This document shows positions 38,218-48,384 of a stretch of DNA of 64,000 bases, piece after piece. Source of the DNA: Hydrurus foetidus (taxonomy: Eukaryota). The notes beneath the pieces were generated by a model. The model had not been told where the DNA came from and made no database searches. It saw only the letters and a list, made by a program, of their open reading frames with translations. How positions within the stretch are numbered: the stretch's first letter is position 1; every line of letters begins with the position of its first letter. The position numbers and the translations under genes are program-made. Location: the NCBI GenBank assembly GCA_900617105.1, contig UYFQ01000005.1:434001-498000 (forward strand), read 5' to 3'.

Positions 38218-39066
38218 ATGCTAGAACGAATCCGCGCCTCTCTCCCTTCCCTGGCCCCTGCCGAGCAACGTGTGGGCAAGCTGGTTTTGGCGGATCCGCG
38301 TGCATTCGCCAACTTGCCGGTCAGCCAATTGGCAGAGCGTTCGCACGTCAGCAAGCCAACGGTGGTGCGCTTTTGCCGCAGCGTGGGCTATGACGGGCTG
38401 TCGGATTTCAAGCTGAAACTGGCCGGTAGCGTGAGTGAGGGCGTGCCCTTCATCCACCGCAGCGTGGACATGGACGACAAGACCAACGATGTGCTGGTGA
38501 AGGTGATCGACAACACCGTGGCCGCGTTTTTGAAGTACCGCAACGATGCCAGCACCTTCGCCATCGAACGCGCAGCGCAAGCGCTGGCCGACACCTACAA
38601 AACCGGCAAGCGCATCGAGTTTTTTGGCGTGGGCAATTCAGGCTTTGTGGCGCAAGATGCGCAGCACAAGTTCTTCCGATTGGGTGTGAACACCATCGCC
38701 TACAGCGACGGCCATTTGCAGGTGATGAGCGCCACCATGCTGGGGCCGGGCGACTGTGTGGTGGTGATCTCCAACTCAGGCCGCACCCGAGATTTGATGG
38801 ACGCTTGCGACATTGCCCGCAAAAACGGGGTCACCACCATCGTCATCACCGCCAGTGGTTCGCCCCTGGCCTCAGCCGGTCAAATCCACTTGGCCGCCGA
38901 CCACCCCGAAGGCTACGACCGCTACAGCCCGATGGTGTCACGCCTGCTGCATTTGATGATTGTGGACATCCTCGCCACCTGCGTGGCCCTGCGCATAGGC
39001 GGCGGGCGCTTGCAACCGCTGCTGCAAGAGATGAAGAACAATTTGCGGAGCAAGCGGTACGCTTAA
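38218..39066 (+). CDS. hexR: RpiR-family regulator HexR
   Basis: HTH VSKPTVVRFC plus SIS domain (GVGNS, ISNSGRT, PMVSRL); adjacent to zwf. Confidence 0.88.
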   Translation: MLERIRASLPSLAPAEQRVGKLVLADPRAFANLPVSQLAERSHVSKPTVVRFCRSVGYDGLSDFKLKLAGSVSEGVPFIHRSVDMDDKTNDVLVKVIDNTVAAFLKYRNDASTFAIERAAQALADTYKTGKRIEFFGVGNSGFVAQDAQHKFFRLGVNTIAYSDGHLQVMSATMLGPGDCVVVISNSGRTRDLMDACDIARKNGVTTIVITASGSPLASAGQIHLAADHPEGYDRYSPMVSRLLHLMIVDILATCVALRIGGGRLQPLLQEMKNNLRSKRYA

Positions 39067-39107
39067 AACTTGAATCCGCCCAAGCCCCGCCTTTAGCGCG
39101 CAGCCTC

Positions 39108-40130
39108 TTAAATCCGCCCCTCTTCCACCGCGTGGCAGGCCACTTTCACGCCCCCCAGCATCAGTAGCGCAGGCCGTTCCGCCTTGCAGCGGGCATTGGC
39201 GTGCGGGCAGCGGGGGTGGAAGGTACAGCCGGTCGGTGGATTCAGCGGATTGGGCACTTCGCCTTGCACGGGCGTGCGAGCGTGGCCGGTGTTGTGCATT
39301 TTGGGGATGGCATCGAGCAGCATGCGCGTGTAGGGGTGGCGCGGCTCGGCGAACAGGGTGTGTTTGTCGGCCAGCTCGACCAAACGGCCCAGGTACATCA
39401 CGCCAACTTGATCGCTCACATGGCGTACCACGGCGAGGTTGTGCGAGATGAACAGGTAGGTCAAACCCCGCTCGCGCTGCAAATCTTTCATGATGTTGAG
39501 CACTTGAGCCTGCACAGACACGTCCAGCGCGGATGTCGGCTCGTCGCATACCAAAAACTCAGGCTGCGTGGCCAAGGCACGGGCGATGGAGATGCGCTGA
39601 CGCTGACCACCCGAGAACTGGTGCGGGTATTTCACGCGGTCTAGCGGGCTGAGGCCCACGGACTGCAACAACCCTTCAACACGGCTTTGCAGCTCAGTTT
39701 TGTCGGTGATGAGGCCATGCTCCAAAAGTGGCTCGCCCACGATGTTGCCCACCGTCCAGCGCGGGTTCAGGCTCGCGTAGGGGTCTTGAAAAATCATTTG
39801 AATGCGGCGGCGCAACGCACGGCCCTGCGGCGTTTTGAACGCGGCATGGGCATCTTGGCCGTCGAACTTCACATCGCCTCGGCTGGGTTCATACAGGCCA
39901 ACGAGCAAGCGGGCTACCGTGCTTTTGCCGCAGCCGGATTCGCCCACCAAGGCCAGTGTTTTGCCTTTTTCAATCTCAAAACTGACACCGTCCACGGCAT
40001 GAAGCAGCACGCGGGGCTTGCGCTCGATGACGCGGTTCAGCCAGGGGGCGGACACGTCGAAAGTTTTGGCGATGTTGGTGACTTGCACCAGCGGGGAGGC
40101 CAAGGGGGAAGAGGCAACGGCGGCGCTCAT
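39108..40130 (-). CDS. dipeptide/oligopeptide ABC ATP-binding subunit (DppF-like)
   Basis: GESGCGKS, FSGGQRQR, HPYT, GCTFHPRC. Confidence 0.92.
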   Translation of the reverse strand: MSAAVASSPLASPLVQVTNIAKTFDVSAPWLNRVIERKPRVLLHAVDGVSFEIEKGKTLALVGESGCGKSTVARLLVGLYEPSRGDVKFDGQDAHAAFKTPQGRALRRRIQMIFQDPYASLNPRWTVGNIVGEPLLEHGLITDKTELQSRVEGLLQSVGLSPLDRVKYPHQFSGGQRQRISIARALATQPEFLVCDEPTSALDVSVQAQVLNIMKDLQRERGLTYLFISHNLAVVRHVSDQVGVMYLGRLVELADKHTLFAEPRHPYTRMLLDAIPKMHNTGHARTPVQGEVPNPLNPPTGCTFHPRCPHANARCKAERPALLMLGGVKVACHAVEEGRI

Positions 40131-41119
40131 GCTTGGCCCTCGTGCAGCCAGCAAGCGGCGCGGGTGGCACCGGCGGGCATCAAATCAGGGCGCACTTGGG
40201 TGCATTTGGCGATGGTTTTGGTGCAGCGCGGGTTAAAGGCGCAACCTGGGGGGATGGCGTTCAAGCGGGGCATGGTGCCGTCAATCTGGTACAAGCGTTC
40301 GCGGTCAACGGCCATGTCAGGGATAGCGGCCATCAAGCCTGCGGTGTAGGGGTGGGACGAATGGTTGATGACCTCATGAACGGGGCCAATTTCGGCAACG
40401 CGCCCTGCGTACAGCACGGCCACGCGGTCGCAGGTTTCGGCAATCACGCCCATGTCGTGGGTGATGAGCATCACACCCACACCGCGCTCGCGGCACAGCG
40501 TTTTCAGCAGGCTGATGATTTGCGCCTGGATGGACACATCGAGGGCGGTAGTGGGCTCATCCGCGACGATCAATTGCGGCTCAGCAGCCAGCGCCAGCGC
40601 AATCACCACCCGTTGGCGCATACCGCCGCTGAACTGGTGCGGAAAGTGGTCGATGCGCTCAGCCGCAGCAGGAATGCCGGTGTCTTGCAGCAGGCTGATG
40701 GCGCGTGCGCGGGCCTCACTGGGAGACACGGGCAGGTGCGTGAGAATCGTCTCCGTGAGCTGCCGCCCCACGCTGTAGAGCGGGTTAAGCGAAGTCAACG
40801 GATCTTGAAAAATAGCGCCAATTTTGCGGCCCCGGATGTGGCGCATTTGGGCGTTAGGCAGGTTGTCGATGCGCTCGCCATTCAACAGAATTTCACCGCT
40901 GGCGATACGACCTGGCGGCTCCAGCAAGCCGATGATGGCGGCACCGGTGAGCGATTTGCCTGCACCGGACTCACCCACCACACCGAGTATTTCACCTGGG
41001 GCGATGCTGAACGAAATGTTGTCGAGTGCACGCAGCGTACCGTGGCGACTAGGGAACTCAACGACGAGGTTGTTAACTTGAAGCAGGCTGTGATTCATAC
41101 CAAAAGGGTTCAAGTTCAA
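40127..41119 (-). CDS. dipeptide/oligopeptide ABC ATP-binding subunit (DppD-like)
   Basis: GESGAGKS, FSGGMRQR, DEPTTALD. Confidence 0.92.
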   Translation of the reverse strand: MNLNPFGMNHSLLQVNNLVVEFPSRHGTLRALDNISFSIAPGEILGVVGESGAGKSLTGAAIIGLLEPPGRIASGEILLNGERIDNLPNAQMRHIRGRKIGAIFQDPLTSLNPLYSVGRQLTETILTHLPVSPSEARARAISLLQDTGIPAAAERIDHFPHQFSGGMRQRVVIALALAAEPQLIVADEPTTALDVSIQAQIISLLKTLCRERGVGVMLITHDMGVIAETCDRVAVLYAGRVAEIGPVHEVINHSSHPYTAGLMAAIPDMAVDRERLYQIDGTMPRLNAIPPGCAFNPRCTKTIAKCTQVRPDLMPAGATRAACWLHEGQA

Positions 41120-41120
41120 G

Positions 41121-42029
41121 TTAGCGCAGACGCGGATTCAACGCATCCCGCAGCCAATCGCCCAGCAAATTCACGCTGAGCGCAATCACCACCAGCATCG
41201 CACCGGGAAACACAGTGATCCACCATTCGCCGGAAAAGAGGTAGTCGTTGCCCACACGGATCAACGTGCCCAACGAAGGCGATGTGGGTGGTGCGCCCAC
41301 CCCCAAAAACGACAGTGTGGCCTCGGTGATGATGGCGGTGGCGACTTGGATGGTGGCCAGCACCATCACCGGCCCCAGCACATTGGGCAACACATGCTTG
41401 ACCATGATGCGCGCCGGGGCAACACCGGTCACACGCGCGGCCTGCACGTATTCTTTGCCGCGCTCGACCATCGTGGAGCCGCGCACGGTGCGGGCGTACT
41501 GCACCCAACCGGTCAGCGAGATAGACATCACCAGCACGCCGAACGCGAGGGACTCGTTCGCGTTCGGGAACATCGCCCGCCCCACACCGGCAATCAGCAA
41601 GGCTACCAAGATGGCGGGGAACGACAGCATCACATCGCAAAACCGCATGATGAAAGCGTCGATCACACCGCCAAAAAAACCGGCCATCAACCCCAGACCA
41701 ACACCCACGGCCAGCGAGAGCATGACCGAGGCCAACCCTACCAGCAGCGAAATACGGGCACCGAACATCAACGCCGAAAGGATGTCTCGGCCCTGGTCGT
41801 CGGTGCCCAGCAGGTACTTGGGGTTGCTGTCGGGCAACCACAGCGGCGGCAGGCGGGCATCGCCGAGTTCCAGTGTGGCCAAGTCAAACGGGTTGTGCGG
41901 AGCCACCACGTTGGCGAACACCGCGCAGAACACGCAAATGAACGCCACGATGGCCGCACCGATGGCCACCGGCGAGTGGCGAAAGCTATAGCCAACATCG
42001 CTGTCAAGCCAACGGGACACGATGTTCAT
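41121..42029 (-). CDS. peptide ABC permease (DppC-like)
   Basis: LGTDDQGRD, EYVQAAR, H.LPN. Confidence 0.92.
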   Translation of the reverse strand: MNIVSRWLDSDVGYSFRHSPVAIGAAIVAFICVFCAVFANVVAPHNPFDLATLELGDARLPPLWLPDSNPKYLLGTDDQGRDILSALMFGARISLLVGLASVMLSLAVGVGLGLMAGFFGGVIDAFIMRFCDVMLSFPAILVALLIAGVGRAMFPNANESLAFGVLVMSISLTGWVQYARTVRGSTMVERGKEYVQAARVTGVAPARIMVKHVLPNVLGPVMVLATIQVATAIITEATLSFLGVGAPPTSPSLGTLIRVGNDYLFSGEWWITVFPGAMLVVIALSVNLLGDWLRDALNPRLR

Positions 42030-42078
42030 AGGGTTGCGATCTTTTGCATTCTTGGGCGTTCTTGAGGTTTAAGGGGAC

Positions 42079-43668
42079 TTACTTGATGCTGATCCACTTG
42101 AACGGCATGAAATTGTCGGCCATTTGCACCAACGTCACTTTTTTGCTCACACCCCAAGCCAGCGCTTGCTGGTGCAAGGGCAAATGGCCAATATCAGCCG
42201 TATGAATTTCAAAGGCCTCTTTGATGTAGGCATCGCGTTTGGTTTTATCGGTTTCAGATTGGATTTTGCCGATCAACTCGTCCACCTTGGGGTTGCAATA
42301 TGAACCCAAGTTGAACTGTCCGGCACCTTTGTCGTCCGCGCAACGCATCAGGCCATTAAGGGCGTTGTGCGCGTCGTAGGTGGCGGGTGTCCAGCCCAGC
42401 ATGTAGAAGCTGGTATCACGGCGCAAAATTTTGGGGAAGTACGTCGCTTTGGTTTCGGTCACCAAGTTGATCTTGACACCAATGCGCGACAGGTTCGCAG
42501 CCACGGCTTGGCAAATTTCGCCGTCGTTGACGTAGCGGTCGTTCGGGCAGTTCATGCTGACCTCAAACCCTGTGGGGTAGCCGGCTTCAGCCATCAGCTT
42601 CTTTGATGCATCTAGGTCAAATGGCAAGCGCTTAGCTTCCGGGTAAAAGCCAGTGATGCCAGGGCCAACCATCAAGGCGCTGGGGTTAGAAGCCCCACGC
42701 ATCACCGTTTTTTTAATGGTTTCGATGTCAATCGCTTGGTAGAACGCTTGGCGTACCCGTTTGTCTTTGAACGGATTTTTGCCTTTCACATTGGAAAAAA
42801 GCAACTCATCGCGCTTTTGGTCCATGCCAATGAAAATCGTGCGCAGCTCAGGGCCAGTGATGGCTTTCGCATTGGGGCTGGCGTTGATGCGGGCCACGTC
42901 TTGCACAGGAATAGGTTCCATCACGTCAATTTCACCCGACAGCAACGCGGCAACACGGGTTGAATCGTTAGAGATCGGCGTGTAGATGACTTCAGCCGCG
43001 TTGCCTTCGATCTTGTCCCAGTAGGAGCCATTGCGCACGAACGTGGTTTTCACGCTGGGCTGACGTTCTCGCAAGCGGAAAGGGCCGGTGCCGTTGGCGC
43101 GGAAAGAGGCAGCATTTTCAATGCCTTTGCGGCGGTCTACCGGTTTTTGCGCCTGGTTGGTTTCACACCATTTCTTGTTCATGATGTAGACCAACGACAG
43201 CAGGTCAGGCAAGATGGGATAAGGGCCTTTGGTTTCAATGTCCACCGTGAAATCGTTGACTTTGCGCACCTCTTTGATATCGTTGACGTAGCTCTTCATG
43301 TCTGAGCCATCGCCTGCCACACGCGCCAGAGAGAACACAACGTCGTCGGCGGTAAAGGGGGTGCCATCGTGAAACTGCACACCTTTGCGCAGCTCGAAAC
43401 GCCAGACACTGGGTGAAGGCTGCGTCCATTTGGTCGCCAAGGCGGGGGCCAGGCTCAAATCTTTATTGCGACTCACCAAGGCCTCGTACACATTGCCAGT
43501 CACGCTCAGCTGCAAAGACTCGTTAAGCGAATGGGGGTCCATGGACTGCGCGTCCCCCTGGTTGCCAATGCGTACAGTTTGCGCATTGACTGTGGAAGTC
43601 GCTATTGAAAATGCAGCTAACAACGCCACCAACAGGGCACTACGGGACAAATTGGGCTTGAAATTCAT
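42079..43668 (-). CDS. peptide ABC substrate-binding protein (family 5)
   Basis: LRKGVQFHDG, ADDVVFS, NGTGPF. Confidence 0.92.
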   Translation of the reverse strand: MNFKPNLSRSALLVALLAAFSIATSTVNAQTVRIGNQGDAQSMDPHSLNESLQLSVTGNVYEALVSRNKDLSLAPALATKWTQPSPSVWRFELRKGVQFHDGTPFTADDVVFSLARVAGDGSDMKSYVNDIKEVRKVNDFTVDIETKGPYPILPDLLSLVYIMNKKWCETNQAQKPVDRRKGIENAASFRANGTGPFRLRERQPSVKTTFVRNGSYWDKIEGNAAEVIYTPISNDSTRVAALLSGEIDVMEPIPVQDVARINASPNAKAITGPELRTIFIGMDQKRDELLFSNVKGKNPFKDKRVRQAFYQAIDIETIKKTVMRGASNPSALMVGPGITGFYPEAKRLPFDLDASKKLMAEAGYPTGFEVSMNCPNDRYVNDGEICQAVAANLSRIGVKINLVTETKATYFPKILRRDTSFYMLGWTPATYDAHNALNGLMRCADDKGAGQFNLGSYCNPKVDELIGKIQSETDKTKRDAYIKEAFEIHTADIGHLPLHQQALAWGVSKKVTLVQMADNFMPFKWISIK

Positions 43669-43710
43669 GCAAACTCCTTGGGAAATATAAACAAAAAAGA
43701 CACCACAAAC

Positions 43711-44934
43711 TCAAGAGATGAGCGGCATGGCTTGCTCAACCAAACTGGCGTGCAAGGCTGCGCCCAGCGGCAAAATATCATCATTGAAATCGTAACGGCT
43801 GTTGTGCAGGTAGGCGCCATCTTGGCCGCCCTGCCCAACGCGCAAATACGCACCCTTGACGGCTTGCAGCATGAAGGAAAAGTCTTCCCCTCCCATGCTG
43901 GGGGTCATGTTGCGCAAAACTTGAGCCTCGCCAACCAAGCTGGCCGCCACATCGGCAGCGAAATGCGCTTCAGGCACGGTGTTGACAGTAGCGGGATAAA
44001 CGCGCTCGTAATTGACGAAGGCCTCTGCACCAAAACCTTGGGCGATAGATTGGCACAGTGCCGTCAAACGGGCTTCCACCAGCAGCTGTATGTCTTCGCG
44101 GTAACTGCGCACGGTGCCCACCAGCACGGCTTCGCCCGGCATCACACTCATCGCGCCAGGGTTTCCCGCCTGCATCGAGCAAATGCTGATCACGGCTTGG
44201 TCAAACGCCGACACATTGCGGGCCACAATACTTTGGGCTGCTGTAATGATGTGTGCGGCGATGAGCACAGCATCGACGGCGTTATGCGGACGCGCACCGT
44301 GGCCACCTTTGGCGCGGATGGTGATTTCAATGCGGTCTACGGCGGCCTGCATGGGCCCTGGTGCCACGCCGATGATGCCCAAGGGTGTTTCGGGGGAGTT
44401 GTGTTGGGCAAAAATCTTGTCGCAGGGAAAGCGGTCAAACAGCCCGTCTTGCATCATCGCCCGCGCCCCGGCGTAACCTTCTTCGCCGGGTTGAAAAATC
44501 AACACTGCAGTGCCGTCAAAATTTCGAGTTTCAGCCAAATAGCGGGCGGCACCGATCAACATGGCGGTATGACCATCATGGCCGCAGGCGTGCATCAAGC
44601 CCGATTGCGCAGATTTCCAGCTGAAGTCGTTGTGCTCTTGCAAAGGCAATGCGTCCATATCGGCACGCAGGCCCACGGAATGTGTGCTTGCGCCCTGTCC
44701 GCGCACCACAGCCACCACACCGGTTTTGCCGATGCCGGTATGTACCTCATCCACGCCGCACAGGATGAGCGCTTCTTTCACGCGGGCTGATGTGTAGACC
44801 TCTTCAAACCCCAGCTCGGGATGGCTGTGCAGGTCGCGGCGAAAGGCCGTGAGCTCGGGATGGTACTGGGCAATTTTGGAAAAAATGCGTCCACTGGCTT
44901 GATAGCGAGGGGAAGGGTTCACAAGCGCGACCAT
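43711..44934 (-). CDS. M20D amidohydrolase (hippurate hydrolase-like)
   Basis: HPEL, RADMDAL, MHACGHDGH, FQPGEE, GEDFS. Confidence 0.92.
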   Translation of the reverse strand: MVALVNPSPRYQASGRIFSKIAQYHPELTAFRRDLHSHPELGFEEVYTSARVKEALILCGVDEVHTGIGKTGVVAVVRGQGASTHSVGLRADMDALPLQEHNDFSWKSAQSGLMHACGHDGHTAMLIGAARYLAETRNFDGTAVLIFQPGEEGYAGARAMMQDGLFDRFPCDKIFAQHNSPETPLGIIGVAPGPMQAAVDRIEITIRAKGGHGARPHNAVDAVLIAAHIITAAQSIVARNVSAFDQAVISICSMQAGNPGAMSVMPGEAVLVGTVRSYREDIQLLVEARLTALCQSIAQGFGAEAFVNYERVYPATVNTVPEAHFAADVAASLVGEAQVLRNMTPSMGGEDFSFMLQAVKGAYLRVGQGGQDGAYLHNSRYDFNDDILPLGAALHASLVEQAMPLIS

Positions 44935-44938
44935 AGCT

Positions 44939-45919
44939 TCAATGCCCTCCGCCGCTGTCCATGCGCAGCCGGGGATCGACTGCAAAGTACAACAAATCGA
45001 CGACCAAATTGATGAAAACAAAGATCAAGGCAATCAGGCACAGGTAAGCGGCCATCACAGGAATATCGGCAAACGTCACCGCCTGGATAAAGAGCAAGCC
45101 CATGCCTGGCCACTGGAACACGGTCTCGGTGATGATGGCAAAGGCGATCAACGAACCCAGTTGCAACCCCGTGATGGTGATAACAGGCACCAGCGTATTT
45201 TTAAGGGCATGACCAAAGTGAATGGCATTGTTGGTCAAGCCCCTGGCACGCGCAAACTTGATGTAATCGGTGCGCAGCACTTCGAGCATCTCAGCACGTA
45301 CCAAGCGCATGATGAGCGTAAGCTGAAACACTGCCAGCGTCACCGCCGGTAGCACCACATGGTGCCAACCTGAGAGCGTGAGCAAGCCACTGCTCCACCA
45401 ACCGAGCTGAACCACATCGCCACGCCCAAAACTGGGAAACCACCCCAACCCCACAGCGAAGACCAAGATCAGCAAAATACCGATCAAAAAAACAGGCAGC
45501 GACACCCCCAAAAGCGATAGCGTCATGAACAGTTGACTACCGAAACTGCCACGCTTCAGTGCTGCGTAAACCCCCATCGGAATACCCAACGACAGCGCCA
45601 AAAAGGCAGCCACCAAAGCCAGTTCCAGCGTGGCAGGAAAGCGCTCCATCAACAAGCGCGAAACCTTGGCACCTTGACGCAGGCTCAAACCAAACTCGCC
45701 CTGAACCGCGTTGAACAAGAAGTGCCAAAACTGCACAAAAAAGGGCTGATCGAGCCCCAAATCAGCGCGCAACTGCAAAATTTGGTCAGGCTTGGCATCC
45801 TGGCCCAGCAGCCCGACAACCGGATCGCCCACGTACTGAAACAGCATGAAGGCAATAAAAGCAACTGATACCATGACGATCACAGCTTGCAGAAGGCGAC
45901 GAAGTATGAATGTGAGCAT
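44939..45919 (-). CDS. peptide ABC permease (DppB-like)
   Basis: GLDQP, DYIKFARARGL, ETVFQWPGMG. Confidence 0.92.
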   Translation of the reverse strand: MLTFILRRLLQAVIVMVSVAFIAFMLFQYVGDPVVGLLGQDAKPDQILQLRADLGLDQPFFVQFWHFLFNAVQGEFGLSLRQGAKVSRLLMERFPATLELALVAAFLALSLGIPMGVYAALKRGSFGSQLFMTLSLLGVSLPVFLIGILLILVFAVGLGWFPSFGRGDVVQLGWWSSGLLTLSGWHHVVLPAVTLAVFQLTLIMRLVRAEMLEVLRTDYIKFARARGLTNNAIHFGHALKNTLVPVITITGLQLGSLIAFAIITETVFQWPGMGLLFIQAVTFADIPVMAAYLCLIALIFVFINLVVDLLYFAVDPRLRMDSGGGH

Positions 45920-46052
45920 GTAGAGCGTATTTGTGGCAATGGAAATATTACCATCGCAAGCCTCATGCCTGCTATGGGGGGTTTCCTTGAGTTTCAGTGA
46001 TTTACAGAAGTGGAATGGCTCGCCCTCCCCTCTCCTGTGCGAATCAAGGCAT

Positions 46053-46838
46053 TTACTGTCCGGTTTTTGCTGCTGCGGCCAGCACCTGCAGCGACCCGTA
46101 CCACGCCTGAGCTGTTGTCCGCGTGTTGTCGGTATCGGTCATGATCCCCATACCGATCAGCGCACCAGGAGGTTCGCCATACAATTTTTTAAAATCTGCT
46201 GCGATATCCCGCTCGTAATCTTGCCAACGGTTTAAATTTGTCGTGCCTGCTTCCACCACCAATTTGCGAATACGGTCTGTGCGCGGGCTGTTGATGACAG
46301 TCCCCAAAGGGTGCTGCTTGCTCCAAACGTACATCATCACAGCGTAAGGCATTTCTTCGCCTGTGATGGCACGTGACAGCTCGTTCATCAGGGCATTTTT
46401 GGCAGAAAACTGGGAGCGGTCTCCTTCAAATGCCAACACCACTCTTACCGTGGAATCATCAAAATCGCGCAGAGACATATCCGCTGTGGCAATCAGATCA
46501 GGGACTTTCCAAGAGAAACGCACAACACCTAAATCAGATGGTGCTACCCGTACCTTGCGACGCAGCATACTGGCAGAAGAATCGGAATTGGCTTGCATCG
46601 CAGCCCGGCCATCGTGTTGAATGGCCATGAAAACAGTAGCCGATTTGCCAGGCAATCGGTAGTGCGACCAGTGGCTGGCCTCATCAACAGGTAGGGAGTG
46701 AGAAGCGCCATCAACACGAACACCCGAAGTTTTTACCCACGCCGAACTCGCCCACAAGCCGTCCTCAGAAATGTCAAGGCGCGTAGCGCAAGCAGTCATG
46801 GAGAAAATGAGCGCTAAGCGAAAAATATACTTGAACAT
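46053..46838 (-). CDS. DUF3047-like lipoprotein
   Basis: Lipobox MTAC; PYA.MMYVW, MTDTDNT. Confidence 0.75.
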   Translation of the reverse strand: MFKYIFRLALIFSMTACATRLDISEDGLWASSAWVKTSGVRVDGASHSLPVDEASHWSHYRLPGKSATVFMAIQHDGRAAMQANSDSSASMLRRKVRVAPSDLGVVRFSWKVPDLIATADMSLRDFDDSTVRVVLAFEGDRSQFSAKNALMNELSRAITGEEMPYAVMMYVWSKQHPLGTVINSPRTDRIRKLVVEAGTTNLNRWQDYERDIAADFKKLYGEPPGALIGMGIMTDTDNTRTTAQAWYGSLQVLAAAAKTGQ

Positions 46839-46871
46839 GAGGACATCGCGTGCGAAATGAGCAGCCGTGAA

Positions 46872-46903
46872 AAAACCGCCTGATCTTACGACGAGGCGGT
46901 TTT
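46872..46903 (-). terminator. Rho-independent terminator of porin 1
   Basis: AAAACCGCCT...AGGCGGTTTT with a T-tract on the minus strand. Confidence 0.75.
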
Positions 46904-46942
46904 CATACTTTTAAATTCAAACCGGCTTACACCGGCGGTGAA

Positions 46943-48016
46943 TTAGAAGGAGTGCTTGACACCGAATTCGATGCCAGAAGACGTTTTGTTAGCAACGCCG
47001 CCCAAGCCACCGGAAACACCGAAGGCTGCGCCATTCTTGTTGCTCAAAGTAGCGAAGTTGGTGTACAGAGCTGAACGCTTGGACAGGTTATACACATAAC
47101 CGATAGCAAACTGATTAGCCTTGGCACTGGTCAGCGTGTCCGTGGTGATCACGTTGTAAGAAACAGGGATGTAGCCTTGGCCCATAGGAACCTGAGCACC
47201 AACCGTCAAGATCTTGCTACGTGTATTGGCAACACCGCTGTTGTTCACGCCGTAAATGGCCATCAACTTAGCAACGCCCAGATCATAGGATGCTGCGATG
47301 TTGTTTTGCGTGTACTTAGAGTTTTGAGCAACGCTCTTAGACGAGTCGATTGCAGCCGAAACGTTCAAAGGACCCTGCGCGTAACCTACACGGACACCGT
47401 AGCCATTACCATCTTTGCTGTTCGCAGCGGTGCTGGCGTTTTCACCCAGGCGGTACTGAGCCTGAGCGTAAAAGCCTGGTGCAACAGCACCAAATCCACC
47501 GTCGTTGTACAAATAAGCAATAGCGTTGGATGCACGAACTGCATTCACACCTGCGCCGTTAATGCTGACATTGGTTGCTTGACCAACACCCAAGGTGCCG
47601 AACGGATCAAATTCTGTCAATGCACGGAAGCCGGGGGTGTAATCACGGCCCAAACGAACTTCACCGAAGTTACCCATCAAGCTGAGGGTTGAACGGCGAT
47701 TGAAAGTCAAACCACCCGCAGTGGTTGCGCCAGAAACTTGGTTGTTGGTGTTGGTGCCTTGGCCGAGACCGGAGTCAGGGTTGATACCTGCTTCCAAATG
47801 GAAGCCAGCAGACATACCGCCACCGAGGTCTTCAACACCGCGGAAGCCCAAACGGCTGGAAGACAAGCCGCTGGTGTTCATTCTGGTGGTGGAAGCATCA
47901 CCGTTACGGTAGCTACCAACGTTAGCGTCAACCACGCCAAACAGGGTTACGGAAGATTGTGCGGATGCAGCGCCAACTACGGCCAGGGCAGCCAAAGCAA
48001 CTAGGGATTTTTTCAT
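46943..48016 (-). CDS. Gram-negative porin (betaproteobacterial type) 1
   Basis: AQSSVTLFG, SRLGFRGVEDLGGG, YNLSKR, C-terminal HSF. Confidence 0.95.
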   Translation of the reverse strand: MKKSLVALAALAVVGAASAQSSVTLFGVVDANVGSYRNGDASTTRMNTSGLSSSRLGFRGVEDLGGGMSAGFHLEAGINPDSGLGQGTNTNNQVSGATTAGGLTFNRRSTLSLMGNFGEVRLGRDYTPGFRALTEFDPFGTLGVGQATNVSINGAGVNAVRASNAIAYLYNDGGFGAVAPGFYAQAQYRLGENASTAANSKDGNGYGVRVGYAQGPLNVSAAIDSSKSVAQNSKYTQNNIAASYDLGVAKLMAIYGVNNSGVANTRSKILTVGAQVPMGQGYIPVSYNVITTDTLTSAKANQFAIGYVYNLSKRSALYTNFATLSNKNGAAFGVSGGLGGVANKTSSGIEFGVKHSF

Positions 48017-48233
48017 TGCGAGTTTCTCCAAGGTTAAACATAGGGCTCCGGTGCGAATGTTTCTTTAAGAAACGCTTCGGAACGAGGTGGGTTAGAGTGC
48101 TTGGCATTCGCTTGAGCGAACCACCGTACTGTGATAACCCACCGGATTCCCGGGCCAACTTCTTTTTCGGAAGCTGTTGCTATTGCACCAGAGAGAGGGA
48201 CTTGCGCCTAGTTTTTACGTGAAAAAATCACAA

Positions 48234-48277
48234 AAACGAGCAAGCCCGTTGCATCTCTGCAACGGACTTGCCCGTTT
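48234..48277 (-). terminator. Rho-independent terminator of porin 2
   Basis: About 20-bp imperfect hairpin followed by a T-rich run on the minus strand. Confidence 0.7.
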
Positions 48278-48384
48278 AGTACCCAAACCAACGGCAGCGA
48301 ACTGCTTTGGCCAGGGTTTATTTGGAGGAATGCGGTGTCAGAGCATTAATTCACATTAACGCTAGACACCAACCACCATCCTAT

